Positions 39,076 through 49,269 of a stretch of DNA of 64,000 bases are shown in pieces. A model generated the notes under the pieces. That model was not told where the DNA came from. It ran no database searches and saw only the letters and a list, made by a program, of their open reading frames with translations. The position numbers and the translations under genes were made by a program. The DNA is from Bigelowiella natans CCMP2755. Lineage: Eukaryota; Protista; Cercozoa. The stretch covers positions 51,961 through 115,960 of the forward strand of contig ADNK01000532.1 of the NCBI GenBank assembly GCA_000320545.1, written 5' to 3'. Position 1 is the stretch's first letter, and every line of letters starts with the position of its first letter.

Positions 39076-39897
39076 TTTAGCCGGGATTCGCCAGGTTTCG
39101 CCAGGTTCGAAATGAAAGTTCAAGTTGACTCTCAGTACTTCGTGTCAGTTTCGGTCGTGTTTTGGGCATGCATGACAAGTAATTCGTGATTTTCAGTAAG
39201 AATTTAAGGAAGTCAAATTTATTGTAGATAAAGAATCTTCAGACGATGGGTACGCGAATGCAGGGATATGGATCCTTATTCCGCTATCGTTTCGTTGTAC
39301 GTATAGACATTAAGATGAGTCCTAGCCACATTTATTCGTTATAAATTATTGTAGCTTTGTGGAATTGATAAATTGGATAAAATGCTTACATTTGCGATCG
39401 TCTCTGCGCTAGCTACCTAGGCGGCCGCCGACAGCACAGCGGGTACACATCACATATGTGTAGGCATAATGTAGCATTTGCATCGTGTCGGATGCCATGT
39501 TGCCTATTAGCATGCTGTAGCATGTTATTGGTGTGGCCTTGCTAGATGGTCCAGCGAGGTACATCTAGCTAGTTACCTCCGTCAACAAAACACACACACA
39601 CACACACACATCTCCAGATCTAGATGTCAGATGTGTCTACGAACATGGATGCATGAAACTTGTCAAGACATGCCATCTCAGCATCGTGTCCATCATCTAG
39701 CCATGCTAGCATGCACGCTAGCACGTGGGCCTGTCTAGCTGTAGGGGTCACACATGCTTACATGCTAGCATGTCTAGACATCTAGTTAGCTAGAGATGTG
39801 CTAGTTTGGCCGTCTCCATGGAGCTCGCTAGAGTTAGCTACAAGAGAGCTAGGTCTGGCTGCTAGGCGTGCTAGCGTGTCCAAGCTAGCAAGCTACA

Positions 39898-40329
39898 CAA
39901 GTCCGTCAAACCCGGTAACGACGGGGTTGTGAACAGTGCAGCGCTTTGCGACGCGCTTTGAAGCAGCAGGCAGTTGCAGTCAGTCAAAGAAAAGTCATCA
40001 GAACTTGTCCGATGGCCAATAAACCTGAAAAAATGACCAAAATGTTGACCAAAATGTCCATTTTCAAGGCCTCAAAGTGTGAAAATTCACACCCGTTGTG
40101 TGGCGGATGCACGCTGCGCGTTTGTTCTCTGCCACATTTTGAATGCTTTTGCGTGTGCGTTTGACCAAATGTGACATGCTAGCATGTAGCATGCACGAAA
40201 AATTTCAAAGAAATGCGAGCAAATCCAATGTCCGCCATTGCATCACATGACGCGCTTGGTCGCGCGCAATGAAAGCTTCTCAGTTCCAAATGCACATTCT
40301 GGCGATTCGTTGCAGGTTTGACGGACTTG
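39898..40329. mobile_element. MITE with ~24-bp TIRs (Tc1/mariner-like)
   Basis: CAAGTCCGTCAAACCCGGTAACGA ... TCGTTGCAGGTTTGACGGACTTG (15-bp perfect core), flanked by CA on the left and TG on the right; 432 bp, non-coding. Confidence 0.75.
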
Positions 40330-40690
40330 TGCCATGCTGTGGCAAGTCTAGAAGTCTAGAAGCTGGCACAGCTAGACAGATCAGTGTGCATCGCCTGTCT
40401 AGCTGTGGCTGGAAAAATGTAGCGCCCATGCATTCTAGCTAGCATGCGTCTGATGTGTACGCATCATCTACACATTGCGTTTGCAAGCTAGCAAGCTAGC
40501 AGCTGCGACAATGCTGCGATGAGTGTGTGCTTGCTAGCTTGCCCGTCCTGTTAGCGCTAGCCTGCTTGATTGGTCAGCCTACTAGACTGTCTAGCTAGCT
40601 AGCTCTAGAGCTGCGCGAAATTAGCCGCGCTAGGATGCGCTCACAACGCTTGCTCGCTCTATAGCACAGTCAGCAATTTAAGCGCTGTAG

Positions 40691-40759
40691 CCGCTGCATT
40701 GCACAGCTACATTAGGATGACCATTGAAACAATTTAAACATTTCATTGTATCCGTCTCA
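40691..40759. repeat. Solo end of the TGAGACGGATG TIR family
   Basis: CCGCTGCATTGCACAGCTACATTAGGATGACCATTGAA..ATCCGTCTCA closely matches 7763-7835. Confidence 0.8.
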
Positions 40760-41274
40760 CAGTCAGCAGTGCTAGCTTGTGTGTTCGATGACAACCACTA
40801 GACCAAGCTCTAGAAGCTAGCAAGCATGTTACGCAGCTCAAGCAGCACTACTGACTAGACTAGTAGAGTAGAGAGGTACGTGAGTCGGCATTACTAGCTA
40901 TTAGATTACTAGATCAGCTACCGCTATGTATGTATACCGCGTGCCAGGTGCAGCAGTGTCGTGCGTATCGTTGTACATGCTAGACATAATTACTTACATA
41001 CCATAAGCGCACACACTTCTCCCAATTATTAATGATTGTAGTCGTGACGATAGATGGTGATAGTTCAGTTCGTGCATAATTTAATGGAATGATAGTTTTT
41101 GGATTGCATAGCAAAAATTGCACTGAATTCATGGATCGAGGTCATCGTGTTAAGTTAAAAAAACGTTAAATGTAGCACTCCTGATAGGAACAACACACCG
41201 CTGAACTAAGAATTGTTCGGAGAATGATCACATGTCAGACCGGGAAAGGACACGACAGATACGTCGTAGGCTTT

Positions 41275-41473
41275 CCAAATTTGATGGATCTACATCGACG
41301 AGATGCTACAGCACAAATTTTGCGGATATCCAAATTTAGTGGATCTAAATCGATGAGATGCGACAGGAAATTTGATGGATCTACATCGACGAGATGCTAC
41401 AGCCCAGATTTGACGGATATCCAAATTTGGTGGATCTAAATCGATGAGATGCGACAGGACAAATTCGGGATAT
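41275..41473. repeat. Tandem repeat, four ~38-55-bp subunits in A-B-A-B order
   Basis: Consensus AAATTT..TGGATCTAMATCGAYGAGATGCKACAG appears four times. Confidence 0.9.
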
Positions 41474-41618
41474 GATATATTTACATAGATGAATCATAAT
41501 ATATAATATGACGACAAAGCGAATGTGGTGGAGATCTCAACCAGCACTAATGTGGTGGATCTCTAGATAAGAAGATAAGAAGAATTAACTTAAACTATGC
41601 AACTTGCTTTTGCACTCT

Positions 41619-43217
41619 TTACGGCTTCTGGTTGTTGATGTAAGGCCTGAATAGTGCTATCTCGTCCCACATACCTAATATAATAGAACATAAATAATGT
41701 CATCGTTGGGTGTGGTAGGGCCAGCGGCCAGTATTTAGAGGCCAAACTGTGCAATAAATCCAAATGTTTTGTTGTACATTTTTGTAGATTCTTCTCCGTA
41801 AGCTTCATTTTCTCGAACTCGAAGGTGAATGACTTATCACACTTTACCTGAGTAAGAATACCCACACAATTGATTTAAATAAACCAAATTTAGTAAAGAT
41901 GATTAATCGACAAATTCGCCAGAATCAATGTGATTACCTCCGTCTCCTTGATCCGAAGCGACTTGAAATACTCGTGATCTAGAGCCTGAAGTTTCAAAAT
42001 CATATTATGTTCAGAAAAAAAAAAAAAAACTTCTGTGTTTGATTAAGAATTTTGAATTTTGCACCTCTTCGACAGTGATTCGCTTATTCGGATTGAAAGC
42101 TAGCATTTTTTCCATCAGGTCTAAAGCTGCAACAACCAAAGCGGAACGTCAGTTCAAAAACCTCGCTGAACACATCTATCTACTCACTGCAGTTAGGTTA
42201 ACTCGTCTCTTCTCAATTTCCAGCATTAACTGACCAATTGGGTTCGCATTCGGGTAGAGATGCTTCAGAGGAACCTTCTTCTTCGACTCCATGCCTTTGA
42301 TGTACTGAGGCGCACAATAAAAAACATCTCAGTTATCGACCACAGCGTCTTACTGAAACTTTAAGCGGGTGTTAATTACCTCTAGGGCCTTGTTGTTGGT
42401 GATGAATAGCATGTCCTCCTTGCTTGGAGTGCCTATCATTGTTGTGGTAGTTCATCTTGTCTAATCGCAGTCGAATTATGGATGGCACGCAAAATCTTCA
42501 ACTCAATGAATTGGATATGTTATGCCTACCCAGAACTTCAAAGATAAGATTCATTTGCTGGATGTAATCCTGCCCAGGAAATAACGGTTCGCGGCCTACA
42601 TGCGCAAGCAACAACAGTCAGTTCCGTCTGGTAGGTTCCACGATGATAACATAAAAGTGAGAGTTTGGAAGAAGGATCACCCACCATGCAGCTCAGCCAT
42701 TATGCATCCAGCAGACCAAACGTCGACTAGGTAGAGACAAATAGTTCAATTAGGTGTCAAATACCGCCATTTTGACTTAAATGAATTAGTTTTCCTTTTC
42801 CTATTTTATAGTTTGTACTAACGTTGTTGATCGTATTCCCGGCAGGAGCACATCACCTCAGGTGCACGGTACCTATGTTTGGCAGTTAAGCGTTAACTAA
42901 TACTACATATGCCGTACCAGCATTCTATCGATTATTTCCACGGTGTGTGTCATCAATGCAGTATACTTCCCATTAAAACATAAAACCTAAGAACTTTAAA
43001 TTCTTCCAATATTACTTACCATCGGGTGACGACGTACTCGGTAAGTTTGATATCTTCGTCATCCACTCCTCTTGCCAACCCGAAATCACAAATCTGTAAT
43101 GAAAAGGGACATTAACATATCCATGAGCATCTAGTTTGTAAATCCATCACTTTTTTTTTAATAACTTTTCAGATTGAAATCAGGGGGGGGGGGAGGGGGG
43201 GAGAGAGTTAGACAGAC

Positions 43218-43253
<36 letters not shown>

Positions 43254-43877
43254 TGTGTGTGTGTGTGTTGTGTGTGTAGCAACCTTCAAGTCACAGTTGC
43301 CGTTGAGAAGAATGTTACTTGGTTTCTGTAATGCACACCGACATTTTGATTTTGAAAATGGAGTAAATTATTTGATACTATTCGATGATGATGATGATGA
43401 TGAATACAAACCAAATCTCTGTGGATAACTTTCGCTGAGTGAATATACTTCAATCCGCGCAGAATCTGATACCTAAACACCAATCATTGACGCGCATATG
43501 TCAGTGTCCTAATTCTTCGCAAGGAAATCCTCAAAATCTACGTGTAAATAAAGCGCAAAAAATACTCCTACATGAAGTATTGAATGTGGTCGTCCGATAG
43601 CTTATTCTTCGAGTAGATAATCTTGTGTAGATCTGTTTCCATGTACTCCAAAACCATGTACCTAAAGATCAAAGTATTATTTAATTATCCCCTGAAAAAG
43701 CTTATGATCGGTAATGAAGCTTGTGAATTTGACACATTACACGTCATCGAAGTTCGACATGCTTGGTGGGTCAATCAGGTCGTAGAGTCCGCAAACCTGC
43801 GAATGGAGTTTTTCAAATATGATCTTAGCACATAAAAAAACCTCCAACTCAAAAATGAGTAATTTGATTATCGTATA

Positions 43878-43908
<31 letters not shown>

Positions 43909-44718
43909 GTAAATAACTGCAAAACTATAATTCTTGGGGAGGAAATACGAAACGTCAAATCACATTGTCATGCTTGAAATGCCTCAAAAGTTTCACTTCA
44001 CGAATGATACGCTTAGCATCAATCAGATCTTCAAAAGCTTTAGGGATTTTTTTAATAGCCACTTTCTTGTCGTTGGTTACATCCGTGGCCGAACTAGGAA
44101 GGGAGGAGATGAAAGGCGCTTGATTAATTATGTCCATGTGTATTCAAATTTGTGCAAGTTGTATCTTACTTACCATACTACGCCGTATGCACCATGTCCG
44201 ATTGGGTTCAGTGGGTTGTACTTGCTGTCAATCACTGCAAAGGTAAAATAGAATTCAAGGAATACTCACACGTGCACATAAATACTTATACATGTAGGCA
44301 TTAGGGTTTATACATGTTGCTGTGAAGCGGTATTCTGTATGTAAGAAATTCACGTGTGGAGGATTTAGGAGCAATATGACAGCAATTCTATTCATTCTGT
44401 ACATATTTTGTGATATGTTTTATTTGATGTGTGACGTATGATGTTGATGTCTGATGTATTTAGAGGGCCCATGTTTTATTCGCTCTCGTTACATTTTTTT
44501 TAAAAGGTTACTTTTGCGAAATGTGTACTTTCTTTACCGAATTGTGCACTGTTGACGAAAAAGCTGTGAACTTTTGGTTTCTTCTTCGTGATCTGATCCT
44601 TTTGGACACCCCTTGGCATCTTAACCCCTCGAGGTTTGGTCAACGTGCTCTTTGGTTTTTTCGAATGCGATGTCTTTGTGGGTGCAGGAGCGGTGCCTTT
44701 GGGTTCAGATGACGACAT
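41619..44718 (-). CDS. Mitogen-activated protein kinase (TEY type); 17 exons
   Basis: [21 protein letters not shown]|[32 protein letters not shown]|[13 protein letters not shown]; ends [17 protein letters not shown]. All 16 introns are GT-AG and in frame. Confidence 0.97.
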
Positions 44719-44899
44719 GCTGAGACGTCCGAGTTGTGAAGGAGCCCCTGTAGCTGTTGGTTGCTTGTCAGGGGTTTGTGTCGCCTCCTTATCCGCAGCA
44801 CTGGTCGATAAATGGAAGCTACTGTTTCTCAATCTCCAGCAGCACACCTGCAGCCGGATTACAAAATGGGCCTGTTGTCCCAAGTCGCGACAATAAGTC

Positions 44900-47250
44900 G
44901 ATCATGTCGCACCTGGTTGTTCGTGGACATGGGTACCACAGGGCAGCACAGTTCCGGCAAAGCATGCAAAATGAAAGGCGTTGTGTTGGCTTTTCTTTGC
45001 TAGTTCCATGTCGCAATGGCAGTGTTGCAGTGTCATCACTGAAACCGCCATTCTAGCGGAACACAGTTTCCGTAATGACAAAGTTGTGACTTCCATGGAC
45101 TTCTTGCTTCAGAAAAATTCGGTTTGCTTGAAACACTCATCTCCACTCCCAACGTGGATCGTCGGGTGGATGTTGCGTTCAGGAAGTTCCTGATCAGAGT
45201 TGACACCTTGCGCCTTCGCCACATTGCTGCCAGTCACATTGTCTCACAATGACATGCAGCTTGCTCTCTTTCATTCAAAAAATCTGCTAGTTCACCAGTC
45301 ATTGCCCTCACCAAATGAGTTGGTTCGAGGCACTGCGTTTCGCACTCTACAAATGTCTTGCAACGTTTTGGAAATGTAGTTCATCATCATTGTTCATTGT
45401 TCATTGTCCATTGTCCACTCTTTGTTGTTTTTAGCAACAAGGAGACCAGCCAGGTTCTTCACTTGCTGCCGAAGCTTGAGAGAAAGTTGAAGCAGTCACA
45501 ATCCAGACGGGGCCAACACCATCACAGCAGCCAACACTGGAACGTGTCAATTTTTCATCGTGCTGGTTTCACCAGTCAGTCCTTGTTCAAGTTTCAGCTC
45601 GAGGCTCACACTCAGCACTTCGCACTTTGCAAACGTCGTGGAACACTTTGCAAGAAGTGCAGCAGATCAACAGAGTTTGTCACAAGTTTCTTTCTTTCTT
45701 TTTGTCAAGTTTCTTTTTTTTCCTTTTTTTTTGTTCTGTCGGTTCGCATGACTCACCAACTTGGCAATTTGCGTGCACGCACTGGTGCCTGTGCATGCCA
45801 GTGCGTTCCGTTTTCTCATCGAAAACTGCACTTCAAGTGGACGTCAACTTTTGTTGCAATTGTTCCTCACTAGCTCAGGTGGGGTTGTTCGTTCCGTCTA
45901 GCCGTGTGCGCGAACACAAACAACAAGTGGGTGTTGGAAGTTGGTTGCGGGTTGCGGGGCGTTGCGATGCAGGCGGACAGCAGTGCTCAAGACAGCAGGT
46001 CCACTTGCTGATGATCCTTGAAAACCACGACAGGTGGAGGCACGCTAGCACGTGCTGATCCAAAATGCTCACTGACAAGTTTTGGAAGTTCCACAGGAAG
46101 TCTGGTTTCTTCCCTGTCGCACACATCAACAATGGCAAATTCTTTTTTGCTCACTTTTGTGATTTCGCAGATGCAGTTTGCACACGATCTTGGTTTTTTG
46201 TCGTGTTTTTTGCACACCACCTCCGTGCCCGCATGCCAGCATGGCAGCAGCAACCAGGCAAGTGCCATCCACACGAACTTTTTTTCTCGGTTTTTTTGCA
46301 GGCTGTGGATGTGCTTGCCTGCTGAACGGCTAGACGGGATCCAAAGTCATGAAAGGCAATGTTGTCAAGTGTGCTTTTGCTTCATCCACACAAGCTTCTC
46401 ACCACTTTGCAATGATTTGATTTTTTGAAACATCAAATGGTCCAATTTTTTTTGTCGAACACTTCTTCTTTTGGTCAAGTTGGTTTCAATCTTTCTTCGT
46501 CTGTTTTTGCTCTCTTGCAAATTTTCCATGTGTGATTTTGCAGACTTGGCAGGGAAACATGGCATTCATCGCTTCAGTTGTTCCAACCGATCGCCAAATC
46601 GTGTCGTGCCAGCTGTTGCGCTCGGCTGTGGAAAGTCCACAGCTGACTCCATGCAGACGCACACAACGTCGTCCAGTCTCAAGGTCTAGCTGGGCAACAG
46701 CGCAGTGGCCTGGATCGACGTCCAATGATCAGCAGCGTGTGGACGCGACATCGATGCTTCTCCAGCGCAGTTCTGCGCAACAGTCTTGTTTTCACCTCCG
46801 TCATTGCACGTCGCACACACGACACACGCATGTCTAGACGCTAGGTGTGCTGCTGCACCACTGCACAGCCCAGCTAGCCAGACCCGTCTAGCCGTGTGTC
46901 TGATGATCGACAGGTGTCGTGTGTGCCAGTGTGGAGGCGCATCACTGCTAGCTGGGTGGAAATTCACAGCCCTAGAGCACTGCAGGAGTGCACAGCAACA
47001 AGTGCAACACCAGAACAACACACGTGGCTTCAGACAACAGCTACAGAACTAGAGAACAGGAACAGTGACAACAAGCAGACTGTGTGATGGCCAAGTTTGC
47101 ACTTGCTATGTTGCTGCGATGTGTCTAGAAAACTGACTATGCACATTGTGAGGCCCTGCTGAAATGTGTGCCGTGCATGCATTGCCCCACTTTCATGCAT
47201 GCATTTTGGCCATTGATGAATGACGCATCTCTAAATGTCATCAATTTTCA
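44900..47250. other. Strongest TpA-erased tract
   Basis: 45434-47041: 11 TA dinucleotides, all within CTAG (hand count). Confidence 0.92.
45290..45420 (-). repeat. Dispersed ~125-bp repeat, copy 2
   Basis: Reverse-complement match to 4171-4295. Confidence 0.85.
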
Positions 47251-47589
47251 ACTGCTAGACTTTTTCAGTCGCTCGTACGAGATCGAAAAGTGTCATGATG
47301 CTTGCGACCATCATGTACTCGTTAAGCATGTAACGCGGGATAGTAGAGAGCTGAAGCAATGGGCCAGGTTTTTTTCCGTCACATCCGAAAACAAACTGCA
47401 AATGTGTAAGAAAATCATAATCAGTCGGGTTACATTCTTTAAAACATCGATGAAATGCATTGTCGGTGTTATGAACGAATTTTTTTTGTCTATTCTCAGC
47501 CTCCATCGCTGGGGATCTCAATCATAAGTTTGTAGGAGATGTGAAACATGCGATCTATAGCGATGACGCTAACAATCATGTTGAATCAC

Positions 47590-47971
47590 ATGAAATAAAT
47601 GTTTGCACGTGTTACATGAAAAATTCCTCCATGTACACTTTTAGGTGCTTTCCTGCACCTCCCTTTTACATTCTTACCGGATAAGCAATGTAGAGTACTA
47701 TCTCGATTGCACCAAAGATTCCTGCCAAAAATGGCCTCACAAATGCGTACATGTACCTGGTTTTATGTAGGAGAGATATCTAAACCTTGGTGAGATAATT
47801 GAGGCATGAAAGATCGAACAATGTATCTAGATTTGTCCAACATTGAGATGAGGAAGATAGGTAGTTGTTCCAGTGCATTTCCAGCAGTACGAACGGCATT
47901 GCGTAGCTTCCCAGCCGCCTAATTTGCAAACTCTCGGAAATCGAACATTTTCCATCTATTTTTTCCCTCTC

Positions 47972-48014
<43 letters not shown>

Positions 48015-48209
48015 CTCTCGTTCTATTTTTATGCATATACACACACACACACACACACACACATACACACATTTATACACATGAGAACACATAAGTTGTG
48101 TTTTTCCGTTGGCTATTGCATTTAGTGACATTAGCAGGTGGGATCAAGGGCTCCTCATTTGTCTGAAACCAAGAATGACATAGAAAATATATATATATTC
48201 GCCGATAAA

Positions 48210-48247
<38 letters not shown>

Positions 48248-48928
48248 GCACACAGGCACACGAGCACACGAGCATAAGAGTACATGAGTACACATCCACG
48301 CAGTTTATCTTTACAATTGCGTCTCTTTTCTGTGTAGCTCTTTCCAAACGAAAGAATAGCACCCCAAATACCTCTTTTTTGCTTTCGATTCCGTAGGCTT
48401 GATTCGCAATTCCTGTTGATATTTCATTCGGTTATTAAATAGAGATTGCTTTCGGGAAGATAAACCTCCATCGTATAGAAAAAATGCGATGCTTGTGAAG
48501 GGTCACGATGTTTCTTTCTGGACAGCCTACTCATCATCTATCCTATGTTTTAGTTTCTCCACTACCTTTTTTTTTTTTAATAACAACTACTATTAGTAGA
48601 TCTACCTTCTCGAAAACGAAAGACACCGTACACATAGAGGGCTGCGAAGGTGTCGAGGATCACCCACCGGAGCTCATGAATGCTCTTCGGGGCAAACTCC
48701 TGCCCGGATTCGGTAAAATACGCCACAATGGCGAACACAACATACACACCTAAAAAAATCAGGTTTGTGAAAGTGTCATGCTAAGAGTACGGATAAATAG
48801 TGAAATTTTATAATCGTGGCCTTTCTTGTCGAAACAGAGAGAATTAAGGAGCCGCGGAAAGGCGCAAGGTTGAGTGTGGAAATACTCGTTTGAAAGAGGA
48901 GGGGGAAGACGTCAGGGTTAGGAGCCAT
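47590..48928 (-). CDS. MAPEG-family (microsomal GST-like) membrane protein; 3' end possibly degraded
   Basis: Manual splice: MAPNPDVFPLLFQTS|VYVVFAIVAYF..WVILDTFAALYVYG..|GIANQAYGIESKKE|AAGKLRNAVRTAGNALEQLPIFLISM|YMYAFVRPFLAGIFGAIEIVLYIAYP. R..N.LEQ.P.F is the MAPEG motif. Not in the ORF track. Confidence 0.6.
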
Positions 48929-49269
48929 CTTGAAATTTAACGCACAAAACCTCACATGTAGGCTGTTTTGCTACGATTTGGACCTTGAAAACGCAAATTT
49001 ACACTGTAATACCAACACACACTATGTACCATTGCTCTTATCGAGGCCGTAGAGGGGTTTTGAAGCAGAGGGGGTCTCTTTTGCACATCCTCCGAACTCC
49101 GCAAAATACTTTGCGAACGATGTTGTCGCTGGCAAAAAATCATCGGGAAATTGACAAAGGCTAGGCAATTCTTGGAGCAAACAGCGACAGCATCGTGCCA
49201 CGTGTCCAACCCCAATCTGCCAATTTCATTGGATTTCTAGAGATTTTCACCTAAAAAGCAGCTAGTTTC

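Larger units (their letters stand above)
39400..41000. other. CTAG-rich, TpA-depleted convergent intergenic tract
   Basis: Most remaining TA lies in CTAG; CATGCTAGCATG at 39702, 39761 and 40175. Confidence 0.85.

Noticed and set aside
41619-44718. Non-canonical introns or an alternative genetic code
   Set aside because: All introns resolved in MAPK, U2AF1, the CHCH gene and Rab7 are GT-AG, and all three stop codons are used normally.
45434-47041. 5mC deamination or classical RIP as the cause of the TG/CA excess
   Set aside because: CpG is abundant and TpA is the missing dinucleotide; RIP would increase TA.
47329-47615. Possible solo LTR (TGTAACGCG...CGTGTTACA)
   Set aside because: Only a short imperfect inverted match, no TSD, and it overlaps the MAPEG 3' region.
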